Origin: Blasia pusilla | Taxonomy: Eukaryota | Direction of reading: 5' to 3' | Length of the DNA: 64,000 nucleotides | Assembly (NCBI GenBank): GCA_050084515.1 | Contig: CM114271.1 | Location: 18,476,001-18,540,000, forward strand | Shown: one piece after another, positions 34,570 to 48,050 of the stretch | Numbering within the stretch: the stretch's first letter is position 1 | How the letters are laid out: each line of letters begins with the position of its first letter | The notes under the pieces: model-generated | The model's input: only the letters and a program-made list of their open reading frames with translations | Database searches by the model: none | What the model was told of the DNA's origin: nothing | Translations under genes and position numbers: made by a program

Positions 34570-37500
34570 AGGACGCTAAGAGCATAAAGGCAAAGTGCTT
34601 ATGTGGCCCCATCGTTAGTCGCCTTCCTGTCATCCATATCATAAAAAAAGTCGGAATCGAAACCTACCTAGTATCTCTTCTATGTAAATCTGGGACATAT
34701 CCATCGTCCATGGGGAACCCTAGTGAGAGGTGGCGTTAGACATGCCATATGCCAACCTCTCGAACATCCATCACAGACTAGCATCGTGGCCGCACCACGA
34801 GCAGAACTACACAACATACAACGCAAGCTTGTAGAAACTACTCCGGAGCTCGGATCTACTCTACCATCAATGTTAGGAAGGTGACATGGCGCACAATTAC
34901 GTAAATGGTCCTTCCATACTATATCATCGCGTCCCTCCAAGGAGAGAACAGCAGATGGAAAAATGTCACGCATTCTCAGGATAGTGCGCCTTGAAGTCAC
35001 ATCCAACATCGTCGGTGTTGATTGCTGCAAGTAGACATAATCTCCCTGATGAAATCTCAGGATAGTTGGTCAATAACCACCACCCCGAATAGTCGTATAT
35101 CTCAACGTATCCCGATGGTGCGCAATCGCTAAGTTCTCAAACGCCATGGGCATCACTCTCCAAAACAACTCTGCCCTCTAAGAACATGCTCGCATCCAAA
35201 CGTCTGGGTCATCGAGGTCCAGCACCTCACCAGCATCTCGACAAATGGCCGTAGGTAAATTTGGCTCTCGGCCATAAAGTAGCAAGTACGGTGAAAAAAA
35301 CGCTAAGGATGCCTGCCTGCTGAATCTGTATCCCCAGCGCCAACCACGGCAACATGAGGTCCCAATCTCCTAGGTGATCTCTCTACAAGCCATACTTGCG
35401 TAAACCCCTCTTGATCGTTTGCACTACTCTCTCCGCTAATCCATCCGCCTCGGGATGATCTCGCGAAGTTGTGCGGTGGTCGATCGGCCTGATCAGACAA
35501 GACCGGGAACTTATCACAAAACTCGGTACCTTGGTCTGTCAACACCTCAACCGGTGCGCCATAATGACTCAGCACTCTCTCAATGAAGGCATAAGCTACT
35601 CTTTCACTCGCTCTGTCAGGCAATGCAACCAACTCCATCCACTTCGAGAAGTACTCGACCATCACCAACACATAATGACTGTGATGCTTGGTCAATTGCA
35701 AAGGTCCTGCAAAATCCAAACTCCATCTTTACCCTAAGCCCATGATCAGTAATGGATGCAACTGTGGAGTCGGAGCATTGAACGATGCTCGGACCCGATC
35801 ACACTCCTTGGACTTGGCAAAAAATTGCTGAACGTCACTATGCATGCCTCGCCACCAAATACTAAATCTTGACCAAGATGTACGTCTGCTTCATCCCAAA
35901 AAGATCCAACTCCTTATGGGCATGCTGCACAAGTCGTGCTCTTTGCGGAGGATGTGGCACTACGCGTACTCAACCATCCTCCCAAACCCTCAAAACATGT
36001 GTCCCCTTCCAATGGAACCATCTGGCCCGCTGTAGGATTTGATCCTGCTCTCTAGCATCCACGTTGCTCGCAACGCTGCCAGTACGAAGGTACTCCAAGA
36101 CTACTCCATCATCATGAATATCTCGGCCACCTGTCGTCTCCTCACTCGCCTCAGGATCCAAGGACTCTCCACTAGACCTTGCCATCGAAGTCTCCACACT
36201 CTGGCTCTCCATAGCCTACATGCCTAAACAAGCAGACGCATGCCATCCTTGCACTGACTCCTTATCACTTTCTCCATACCATCGAGCTCGAGTCGCATCT
36301 TGCTGACTCAGGAATGGGTTACCACTCAATCCATCTGCATCCTGATTGAGCGTCCCGGGTCTATGTAACTCCAGAGGAATTGATGTATCCGGCGCCGCTC
36401 TCCTCCTATCAACTTAGGGCCCATATCTAGGTCCCAAGTCTCCATCGTGACTATGGTAGCACTCGCTGGTGCGGGTATCAGTGGTTGCTATGGTGCAACC
36501 CCGTATGGAACAACAACACTCGGCCGCTCTCCTGCAACCAACTGTAAACTCTGATCTCCTCCACGTGTAGTGCCCTTAACCACGCTCGATGCAATGGCTA
36601 TCATCTTCTGGCGTACGTGAAAAACATCCCAAGAAGCCTACGAAAACTCTCATGTGGGCGCCTCTAAAAGTCATGGATGCTGTGCAACTTCTCTATCCGT
36701 GGCCCCTGGTAGCTCGCCCTCAACTCTGCAAAAAACTCAACCACAGGGTTGAACTTGAGACAAACCTGACTAGACGGTGCAACTGTTCCAGTGCGAGTGA
36801 CCCCCCTAAAACATCACTAGTAAAAGAGGAAGTAGCCTCTCGTGACTCCTCCTCCTCATCTGGGAACGGCTCCTTCCATGCCACATAGTGTGGGTCATAG
36901 TAGAGCCTCCACGCCTCGATCTCAAAAATATATCTCTGAGAGAACTCATCGTAATCGTCCATGGGCACTACCTCTAAATGAAGGAACAAATGGTTCCATG
37001 GTGTAAACGGGTTGAACTCTCTAGAGTTCTTGGCCCTCTAGGAGTCGCACCAACTCCTAAACTCTACTATGAAATCATGCAACTCAACCGTGCCAACTGC
37101 ACATGAAAAGCTACGTTGTCCTCTACCTCGGTCGTCCATCTCCTATGCCCAATTGGTAGGACCACTCACAATGTGTGGCGATGTGCTCACAAACTCCTCT
37201 ACACCCTCTCCCTTGTCTGATGATGACACAGAAGGAGGTCGAGGTGGTCCCTCGCGTGGAGACCCTTGAAACCTTGCGCCACTCCTCGTAACACATGTAG
37301 AGTTACTCTCGGTTCACCACCTCGCCTCTCAAAGTCCCGAACAAACCCTGTGATGACCCTCGTACCCCTCTCACCCCATCACTCTCAACCTCGTGAGAAA
37401 TCCCTCAATCTCTCATCCCAAACATGCGGCACTCGATCTACATTCTCCCTCCTCAAGACGTGTAACGTGCGGCAACACGGGGCATGGTGCGGCTAATCAA
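34570..37500 (-). mobile_element. Internally deleted gypsy copy: gag - (deletions) - RNaseH end - integrase - PHD finger
   Basis: Gag LFLHLEVVPMDDYDEF..EIEAWRLYYDPHYV (~36880-37000); integrase DFAGPL..YVLVMVEYFSKWMELVALPD..EVLTDQGTEF (35303-35719); PHD CMLCSSARGAATMLVCDGCSRGWHMACLTPPLTRVPHGRWICP (~34690-34822). Confidence 0.9.
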
Positions 37501-38256
37501 CGAGGCTATCATCTCATCGACAACCTACCCTCAACTCCGGACATCCCACACAGGTCTATGTCCCCTAAACCACATACATGAATGATGCTCTCAGCATCCA
37601 CACAACCCAATATCCTTAAATAAACTACCAAAATCCAAGAATCCCTCACACGTGCAGGGTAAAGGACCAGAATAGGTAACCTGAACACATGTCGATGTCG
37701 CTCCATGGAAATTGCAAATCTCGACCCCAACTTGGTGGTCAAGACAACTCCTCCAATCAGCAAGTTGTACTCCTCTCGTACTGACGCTACTCAACGTCCT
37801 CGATTTGCGATGCAGGTCGAGCGGTCGGGTGCAACACTGGCGGCACGGAACGGCTACAAACAACACGCCACTTGGAAATGGGGTGCGGCACTCGACGGCA
37901 TACCACCCTCTATCAACAATTTAAAAGCTCTACTAAGAGTGCGGTGCGGTGTGGCCACGAGCAGCAATCGGCGGCGTGTTTAGGGTTTAGGGTCACGACA
38001 CGGTACTCGATCGTCGTCGAGCGGCTCCCAATCATAACATAGTAGCATGAAAAAAAAAATCAACCACCATAATCGGAGGTCATCTGCCATCATAGGTTGA
38101 TGATGAAACTGTGATGAAGGTGGCGGCCAAAATAAAGTACGTGGTGGGGACGCAAGTCAGAGAATCAACGAACGTCGTGGAAGACCCTCCACTCCATAAT
38201 TGCAGTAATGGCAACCAAAGAGTGGACAACGAATGGTGGACCGTTGATAGTGCCGC

Positions 38257-38445
38257 TTGACCGTTGGTGGTGATGGCCGACCGGTGACCGTGATGGTTGA
38301 CCATTGACTATGACGGTTGACCGTTGATGGTGATGGCCGACCGGTGACAGTGACGGTTGACCATTGACTATGATGGTTGACCGTTGATGGTGATAGTTGA
38401 CCGTTGATGGCAGACTGTTGACAGTGACTATGACGGTGACGACCG
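38257..38445. repeat. Minisatellite of 20-bp subunits (TTGACCGTTGATGGTGATGG-like) in a 60-bp higher-order unit
   Basis: Lines 38281 and 38341 are near-identical at a 60-bp offset. TTTAGGGTTT motifs lie at ~37979 and ~38465. Confidence 0.85.
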
Positions 38446-39525
38446 CCGACGCCGTGGCGGCAAGTTTAGGGTTTGAACAATTTTACCCTAAAAATCGCCT
38501 AGCAAGGCATTTTTTCAACATTGACCATAATTTTTTTCTCGCAACTCCAAATTGCACACTGTTTGTTGCACAACATTCACAACTTCACAATCATAAAATA
38601 TTTAGAATCAAACATTCCAGTAAAAATAGACGGGGACGGTCGTAAAGCCCATTGTCTCTTTCTCCTACAAAAAATTTGGCTGCACTTCTGCGCTGATTTC
38701 TCCCAACGGAAATGTAAAACCTGTAAAAATATAAATCAACAAGCTCCATGGTGCTCCCGAGAGTGTCGGCATGGGGCAACGTGCCCCCATATTCAATCCC
38801 TATCAGAAACTGGGCAACGCTTCCGCGCGCCACTCTTCCACACGAAAAATCAACATATGCAAAGAACAATCAAAGCAACCCTTGCTCCGATGAGCACTCC
38901 CATGAGCCGCTGAATGGGGAACACGGTCCCGGTGCATGAAAAAATAGTGAGTGACGAATGAGGTCCCCCATGAAGCTCTCTCACTCTCTGATTCTCTCAT
39001 ATTCTCTCTTTGTAAATTAAGATCCAATCTCTCTCTACACGATCTCACACAATAGCTCTCAAATGTGGGCACTCTCTCTCATGTCAAACCAAACCCACTC
39101 TCCTAATGAGAGGATTGGCTTACACTCACAAGGCAAGGGAACATAGCTCCACCGCCTTATGCCAAGAGGTTTAACAAAGAGAGAAGAAGCTCTCAAGCTC
39201 TCTCTCTTGGAGGTATATCCCCTTCCCTCTCCCAAGCCCTCTCAACGGTAACCTATGCTTGTAGGTCATCTCCTTGGCTCCTGGCCTGTTGTAGCGGGTC
39301 AAGGGCCACTTCCTAAAGTGGAAAGTTAACTATCCCCAATATGGAAACTTATTATAAATAGTAAGTTTCTCTATATGGGTCAAAATGAGCCGAAATGAAG
39401 TGGAAACCTGCTCTCTCAAGTTTCTCGGGGCCTTAAAAGGTCATCCTCAACCTCCTAGGCTTGTCCTCCACTACTCGTGTAGACATTCTGCTAGATCCCA
39501 CGGATCTATCCTTACCGTCGTGACA

Positions 39526-40125
39526 ACGGATTTTCAAAGAGTGATGGATAGGATTGTGGCTTGCTTGGATTTTGTACATTGTTACATAGATTATATTCTT
39601 ATCTTCAGTTCCACGGTTGAGGACCATGAGCGACATATGGAGGATTTGTTTGGGCGATTGCAATTACATGGACTGAAGTTACATCCAAGCAAGTGTAGAT
39701 TCTTCCAGGAGCTGATTGAGTACTTGGGACATACCATATACCCGAGTGGGTTAGGCGTTCAATTGACGAAGGTGGAGGCTATTGCGCACATTCCACGCCC
39801 TACAAATGTGAGTCAAGTCCAAGCGTTTCTTGGACTGGAAAACTTCTCTCGATGGTATGTCAAGGGTTTTAGTGTGATTGCAAAGTCTTTGACCTTGTTG
39901 ATGAGACTTCATCATGTTTGGTTGTGAGGAGATGATCAAGAGCGAGCATTTTAGGAGCTCAAGGACAAGTTGACGTCCTCACCCATTTTACACAAACCGG
40001 TTAGGAGTCCCCCATTCCACTTACATACGAATTGGAGCATGTCGGGTCTAGGAGCAGTGCTTACTCAGAGGGATGACGAGGAGAGTGAGTTCGTTGTGGC
40101 TTCCACGAGCCAATCAAACAAGAAA
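39526..40125 (+). mobile_element. RT-RNaseH fragment of the DNMT-carrying gypsy family
   Basis: DFQRVMDRIVACLDFVHCYIDYILIFS..GLKLHPSKCRFFQELIEYLGH..IPRPTNVSQVQAFLGL..PFHLHTNWS..GLGAVL; homologous to 25330-25930. Confidence 0.85.
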
Positions 40126-40231
40126 GATGAGAAAGATGGCTTAGGAAAGCCATCTTCCTCTCTTATGTAGGGTTGAGGAGAGCCAAAAGGCTCTTCCGCT
40201 AAAAATAGCTATCCTCTTGGTAACATGCGCG

Positions 40232-40555
40232 CATCCAACAACGACACATTCTCTAGAATCTATGAGGGAGACAGAGGCTCGTGCTTATGACCATGCAAAT
40301 GATGCAAGATCTACACCTGCTTGCAAGATAACCTAGACTTTTTCAATTCAACTCCTCTTCCTACACTCGATGGACCTCGACGAGGTCAACCTGAAAATCC
40401 GAAATGGATTGTGCCCATCCAATCGAGATCATACGTCCCCAAGACTTTGGTAAGGAACTTTGGTAATCTTGCACTATTGCAATAGGCAATAGATGGGGAA
40501 ATTATTGTGTTAATAGAGAAACATGGCGGAGAGATATTCGGCTCGTAGTTGCATC
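40232..40555 (-). repeat. Near-identical direct duplicate of 42709-43044 (DNMT motif II-VI segment)
   Basis: catccaacaa.gacacattctctagaatctatgagggagacagaggctcgtg... matches with a few substitutions and a 12-bp deletion at ~40443. Confidence 0.9.
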
Positions 40556-42199
40556 ATTCATGTGGACATAGATACAAGACAACATACTCACTTCTGACAC
40601 CTACATCCGTTGATGATCGAGTATAAAAAATCATCCACAATATGAGAGAGATTTTGGCCATGCTTTAAGGGACACCCCAAGGCAATTCGTAGTACATTGC
40701 GATTATGGGGTTCACAACATTATATTTGATGAACAAGGAGCAAGTATCGAGAAATACGATTTTGGACCCTAAAATGAAAGTCGACCACATCACTCTACGC
40801 TGTGCGTATAATCAAGAAAAGATAATGTTTGATGAAGGGACAAATAAAAGGTTACGAATGTCACTCACATAAATAAATATAACTAAGTAAGCATGATTGG
40901 TGTTGGATACTCAATATTATTATTCCAATTTAATGTGAATAATGTTGTATATTAGGAGGCAAATAGATTTGTGGGCTTGACTTTGATGTTGTAGGAGTCG
41001 TAGTAATGTCACGTAGATGGTGTATGGATTAGTGCTTTTAGAGGTATCTAACCTTATCGTGGCATATTGTGCAAGTATCATGATGCAAAATAGCGTCATT
41101 AAACTATCTACAGATAGAGGTGAAGAAAATAGGCCACAAACTCTAATTTGTCAAGAAGCCGAATTGTTGGGAATCAAAGCAATAGCACATTCTCACGTCA
41201 AATTTTCCTCCATGTTTAGGTTCCATTGAAGCTATGTTAGGAGCACAAAAATAGACAAGGTCATTCTCTAGTATTAAGATTTGTTATATATTTTATCGAT
41301 TTGTTCATGTTATATTTTCTCTCATGGCATCAAAGAAAAAACACAAGTTTTTTGAGTAAAAAGTGTTAACATTAATGGCTTTTATGCATATCATCTAGCC
41401 TCATCTCAAGAGTTTTGTAAGAAATATTCTAAATTCCTTTTATTAAAATAGAATTACCATATGAGCCTTTATCTCTAGAAGACTAAAGTCTTTGGACCAA
41501 ATTCACGTCTAACAAATTGAAAGAAGTGTTGATCCATATCATAAGGAATCTGATGGGTCTACATAGTCAATAGAGAATAACCAAGTTATGAGAGCTCCAC
41601 TTTGACAATCAAGACCGTATGCTTAATTAATAGAGCTTGGTTTCTTAGTTTATGGCAACGAGTTGTTATAGCCTTTAGTTTGGAATACAATTTTTTCTCT
41701 TATGAATATGCTTCGCCAATTATTTATTGTTAAGAGGCACCTTTTCCTTCTAGTTAACAAAGGCTTCATTTAAAGGCTTCATTATCAAAGGCTTCATTTT
41801 AAAAAAACAACCATTTTTTATCTAGTAATCTTGTCTGTTTCCAAAGATGCTTGAGAGATTACTCATTCTACTTAAATTCCTACTTGTCCTCCTCTTCAAG
41901 GTGGAAGGAAGTTACATGGGTCTAACTATATAGACATTCTAAAAGTTCACAATGAGAATTTTCCTTCAATCATCTGAGACAAAGGAGGAAACCGTTCAAA
42001 TGGATTCATATCCATGTGCATGTGCATTATTTCACAACATCTCCAAGGATGTCTATAGAGATCATCTCATGTCTATGGGTATTCTCTTACCTCACTCCCA
42101 CCAACGCATATATCCTACTGATACACTTGGGGCTTTCTAAGAATTCAAAGGTCAGACGCCTCAATCACATTCGACGTTGTTCGACCACTCATAAGTTGA

Positions 42200-43200
42200 T
42201 AGTCCATGTAACACAATTCATATGCAGATCCATAGCCCAATCAAGCATCTGGAGTTAGGATGCTTTTTTCAATTAAGGTATAATTTGTATTCCTCTAGGG
42301 AATCCCATTGCATGATTGCTCACTTAGGTTGGGCTTCATTGATGGTAATGCTTGATCATCCAAATTAAGCTTGGATTGGCATCCTTATAAGGTAAGAAGG
42401 TTGAAAACTTGGTAATGTGGAAAGTGCTAGAATGGGCATGCCCACTCTATTCCCCACACTTAGTCCGGGTTGATCACCATGTCTAATTGTGTGTAATCAT
42501 AGCCCATGATCCAAGATTGAATCCACCAACAAACAAGGGGGTCGCTGCACTTCAACATAGGCCCTCTTCAAAACCTCATGCGTCATCAATTTTTCCCACC
42601 AAAGTCGTGGGTAATGCACAAAAATCCAACACTTGCCGCAAGCAAGAAAAAACTAATCCAATGCATCCATAAACCTTATATAGGTTTGTCACTACCCATA
42701 ATCAAGAGTCATCCAACAATGACACATTCTCTAGAATCTATGAGGGAGACAGAGGCTCGTGCTTATGACCATGCAAATGATGCAAGATCTACACCTGCTC
42801 GCAAGATAACCTATACTTTTTCAATTCAACTCCTCTTCCTACACTCGATGGACCTCGACAAGGTCAACCTGAAAATCCGAAATGGATTGTGCCCATCCAA
42901 TCGAGATCATACGTCCCCAAGAATAAAACGTCCTTTGGTAAGGAACTTTGGTAATCTTGCACTATTGCAGTAGGCAATAGATGGGGAAATTATTGTATTA
43001 ATAGAGAAACATGGCGGAGAGACATTCGGCTCATAGTTGCATCACATTTTGAATATATGTACTTTTGCACATAAATATTTTTTCCCAACACAATAGCCAA
43101 ACGAGTACTAATCTCTCCAAAGAGATCGAGTATCCACATACCCTCCTTGAAGGATTGCTATACAATGAGGATGGTATCCAAGGAAATTAATGTAGAAATT
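42200..43200 (-). pseudogene. Decayed C5-cytosine DNMT domain spanning motifs I to X (gypsy-borne)
   Basis: Not in the ORF track. Manual translation: EGMWILDLFGEISTRLAIVLG (I) ..LPKDVLFLGTYDLD..SG*PCRGPSSVGRG (IV) ..ILENV (VI, ~42723-42738) ..VHYPRLWWEKL (VIII, ~42587-42619) ..AMGFPRG (IX, ~42291-42311) ..QMLDWAMDL (X, ~42225-42251). Collinear with 33720-34192. Confidence 0.8.
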
Positions 43201-44429
43201 CGTACCACCTCATGCCTCTTTGACTTATCTCAACTTGACCCTAAACCTCTCTCTAGGTCTTCTATACGTTGTTATGAAGTAAAGTGATTTAACATGAACA
43301 TCTTACTGATTGTGTGAGAGAGTATTTTTATAAGTGTAGAGTGACTACTTTGGGAAAATAAATTTTGAAGAAGACTCGACCTCAATTTGACCATTGTATC
43401 TGAAAGGATTCCACCCACACCGTCGTTATCTTTCAATGGAAGGCTCATCAACCGTTTTGCCTTCATAATGAAGGAAATGCGTACCAACTGCCCAAATGAT
43501 AGATCGAGTCGCGCTTATTCACTACCAACTAACTAAGTCCTTGGGGGAAATATCTCTTGCTTAATTATGGAGTAATTCTCAGCGTGATCGCCCCACTTGA
43601 AAGGATTTCCACCCAAACCGTCATCACCTTCAAACTCAAGAGTCACCAACCTTTTTGCAGTCAAGCTGAAGGGAATGCGCACCAACCGCAAAATAATAAG
43701 GGGGGACTTCGCGTTGATTCACCACCAATCAGCTAATTACTAGGAGGGAGAAGAGATCTCACTAAATTGTGGAAAATGAGAAATGAAAGGCATCGGAGCT
43801 TATCCTTATATAGTTTCGGAGACGTTGGATCTCGATCGTTGGGGTGATGGTGACGGAGGACTATTGGGGCGACATCCATTTTTGAGCATTGGAGTGATAG
43901 AGACGGTGGATTTCTATGGCATTAAGGGTTTAAACGTCCAACAGGTTGCACTTAGCCAAGGAGGTTGTACGCCACACGCCTTTTCAAGAGATAAATGCAA
44001 CCTCTTGGATTCTGAGAGGTTCAATGACCCTTTCATTATGTGATAAAGATGAATGGGAATTCCCATTCATCTTTCTCACATATGTTGGAGACTTCCAACT
44101 TCAGACCAACTGCAACTTTTCTGAATCCGACGGGTTGACAAACATGACCCCTTACAACCCATTGGAGTCAGACGGGTTTCATTTCCAATTTGACTCACTT
44201 TCATCCCAACCATAAAAAGCAACTCCATAGCAATCTGTTGAACTGGGACTGGTTGCTTATCCATTCATCTGATGTAGAAATATTCGTGATTGCTTGGTCG
44301 AGTTGGGAGGTGATATTTCAACTTAACTACCAACAATGTGTCAAAAACCTTTTGTTAGAAAATAAACAGACACTATTCACTATCAATTCAACATTGTCAT
44401 TTCAATTCCCATTCTTTCTAGATTAATCA

Positions 44430-47400
44430 TCTCTTATGTCATATCTAGATGGAAACTCACTTGTGGGAGCCATCTAGCAATCCTTCCTCAATTGGAGATA
44501 TTTTGGATGAAACCTTATGATTCTTAGATACAAGTTGGAGAACATTTCCTCACTCGAATTTCTTCTCCAAAATTGGAAATGTGCTGGCTTCCAAGGATGT
44601 AAGGATGGACGGAACGGATGACGTTATAGGTGAAACAATCCATGCTCAAATTGGAGACAAAAAAGTAAGAAACCTCACTCCAATTGACAATACAAAGTCT
44701 ATGGCTTGCCTCTAAAGCCCACACTCTCATCTTGACGGTCCAAAACCTACGAGGGCTCTAAGCTCTACCTTTTCCACCCCATGCTTCTACCAATCATACA
44801 TCCCCTAAAAGCTCACAAGTTTGGTACAATGGGGTTGAAGCTGAGGACATTCAAGATGTTGTCAACCTCATTGGATTTGTTGGAAACAAATCAGACCCAA
44901 CATCTACATACTCATTTTTGTTGCGAGTTTCAGGATATAGTTTGCAATCGTCTCTATTCTTGAAAATGTTTAAGCATATTCTTGTTGATGAGCTGCTAAC
45001 CACATATGATGGAAACCTTTATTTTTAGTTGCCTCCACTTGGTGGTCTTGCTCAAAAAAAAAAAGGAGAACACTTGAAGGGGATCCTTCAAGTGTTTTCT
45101 ATTTTTCTGTTCGCGATGGACAAAAATTCTGATTGTCATTGATAGTGGGGATGGTATCAGATTAGTGCTTCAATCCTAAGTGGTCCTTGGATTGTGTCTC
45201 CCCACCAATGGGTTGCAGCCTTGCAGTGTAGAAGTCCAAGCTGCCCGTTCCTAGAGCGGAACAGGGAAGTCAATACCTCACAAATCCCCCAAAAAATGCA
45301 ACAAATCCTCGTGCGGTCGGTGCGACCATATGGCCAATGGACATGAATGTCCTCATTGTCATGCCTTTCCTTTTTGCGTTGGAGCGTATCATGCTCACAT
45401 TTGTTTCAGAATGCAGGACTACAATTCTATGTCTAATTACACCAATCTGTATATTCATGTTGGCTCTCACACTCATCATGTCATTGGTGCCATTAAGAGT
45501 GACATCGAGGAGGATCTGGCCAAGAAAGTGGCGGAGGTATATGAAAACAATGCGGGATCTAAGCCTACAATGATCAAAATGGCAACGGCATCACAAATCT
45601 ATGATCAACTCCTTGGAATACTCGGCAAAGAAGAGATCTTACTAGTTGAGGAGAAACAACAATCGGATAATTTTGCCTTTCTCATTGATCGCGAGTGCTT
45701 CAGGAACTTGTTGCGGAAAATGCAAATACTTCATGGAGAGCTAGTAGAGATGGATGCCATCGCAAGGATCAAATAAAATTCCACGTTCAATTTATTCAAA
45801 GATGGCAATTCATGAGCCAAGGAGGCAAGGGATTAAGAGTTTATGTATTCAAAATATTTGCTACACGGCCCTCTAGTGGCCTCAATCTTATTCACAGAAT
45901 GAGGGAAGGAGAAGATGTATTTGGGAGCATTGTTAGTTTTGATATTTGCTATTGGATTTTGAATGGATGGTTTCTGAAGGGTGCTCACGTCTATCATCAT
46001 CTAGAGATGGGACTCATAAACATATTTGTTAGTGACGTAAGAGCATAAGATATTGGTAGCTTGAAGATGTGCAGGTTAATCCTATGGGAGGCGGTGGAGG
46101 AAAACAAAAGCCCACCCCCTTAAATTTGTGCATTCATGGCGGAACTTGCCCAACCATGATGGATAGCTATCCCCGAGGTGTTATGGGGAGATGAAGATCA
46201 ACTAGAAAGGGAGAGATCAGATGCTTCCCATTGGCAATATTACGTGAAACGGTACAAAAAATCTTGCATCATGGAGAATAAGAGAACAAAGCGCATTGCT
46301 CTTCTACAATGATGCAAGAACAACAAAACCTTGAAGCAAATCATGGAGTGCCAAGAAGAACTTCATGAGTGTTGGAAAAAGCATGCAATTAAGGAAAAAT
46401 ATAAAGAATTGTGTTCGTGGTTGAGTTGGTGAACTATTCGTTTGAGGCAATGGGGAAACTTTATGCGGCGGGTGAGTAAAATATTTTATCCTTTCTAGCT
46501 CACATCTGTAACTTGCTTCATTTCCTTGGGTTGCAACCTGTATGAATCTAACACGTTGCAATTATTTGTGTTTGGCAATCCGTCGAAATCTAACTAGTTG
46601 CATAAGTATGCAACCCGTTCGATTCCGACGGGTTCCATTGGTGGCAATCTGTTGGAATTTGACTCGTTGTGTACTATATGCAATCCATTGCAATCCAAAA
46701 AGTGGAATACTTATGAAAACTCTAAGATTGTGACGTGTGGCCAACCACCAACCAATCGTATTCTAGAATGACAATCTTTCACTCATGGAAGAATGTCAAC
46801 AAGACCACCCGAGAGCAATGTTAAAATCTGCAGTATCTGAAAAAAATTTCACAAAAGGTAAAACAAAGGAAAAAGGCCCGTCAATTTATAAACTCTATGT
46901 TAGGGCCGCAATGAGAACACGAGATGAGAAAATATACGTCAAATCATTCAATCGATGGGTAGTCGGAACTCCTCTGAGGAAAGAAGTCCACATTAGTGGG
47001 GACATTCATGGGCAAGTTTCAAGACATTCAATTTCATAGGTGGGAGAAGAGTGTGAGCAAGACTCCTGGAGACCAAATAAGTATCTTGACGTAAGACAAG
47101 TCAAGTGTTTGCATGGAGGAACCAACCGGGTGATTGATCAGGATGATGAAAGCACCCTTCCCATATATTCTAAAACACCGGATAGCTCCCAAGTTTGAGT
47201 TGGCCTGTCTTTTGAGTGGTAAAGGTCTCATTTATGAATTGCTCTCTAGCGGGGACTTCCCATGATCCAGTCTCAAGGGCTATTCAACAATATGGAATTC
47301 TTGTCATAGAGGTGGATTGTAATCTCAAAAGGTGGGATATCTCTCGGAGGAACCTCGAAGGTGGATCCACCTTCAAAGGTGGATTTGATGGAATGGGGAG

Positions 47401-48050
47401 AGCATGCAACAATTTCCTCAATAAGAATTGTACAAGGGTAAGTGGACCAGCATGAGGCTTCTAGGGTTCGAAAACCTTTGATTGGTTTACAAGGAGAGGG
47501 GATTAATGGAAGCACTTCTTTAGCCCAAATGAATCATGTGCATTTAGAATGTCGTATCCATTTGCCATTGAAGCTTGGGCAAATATCCCTATGACTAGGC
47601 CCATTGGTTTAGGAACCAATTGCACTAAGGAGAAAGTTGACAATCTTACAAGTGCAGGGTTGAGATTGGTAGACGGAGGAGTTTGGAACATATTCACATT
47701 ATTGAGACATTTGCATTTTGGATCCAACCTACGATAAGTGTCCTTTTTATCGAGAGAAGGTGGATGATCTCAATCCACTATTTTCGTACGAGTCAATAAA
47801 TGGAATGAAGAGAAACATAATGAGCAAGCCATTAGTTGAGAGGACAAAGCGAATACCATCGGCTTGTGAGGCCAATATGGAAATCATTGCCATAGTGGGA
47901 ATGGAAAAGGAAGAATATATTGGGTTAAGAAAAATGATGTGAATATTAGTGTTTATGGGGTATGTTGCACATATATATTTCTTTCCACATGTTTATGCGA
48001 TGGCTTTGTCCAGATAGAAACAATTGGGAAAAGGTATTTTCCCTGTAAGT
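44430..48050 (+). pseudogene. Older copy of the Mutator-like transposase gene (DDE + SWIM), truncated by LTR X
   Basis: Collinear with 49069-53020: GPWIVS..LQCRSPSCPFLERN, CPHCHAFPFC..IHVGSHTHHV, SFDICYWILNGW..GAHVYHH, FMAELAQP, RERSDASHWQ, intron donor GTGAGT at ~46472 followed by palindromic repeats, KGPSIYKLYVRAAMR, TCLCDGFVQIETIGKRYFPCK. Confidence 0.8.

Noticed and set aside
45145-45156. TGGTATCAGA, resembling a tRNA-Met PBS
   Set aside because: It lies inside transposase coding sequence (W-Y-Q), with no adjacent LTR end.
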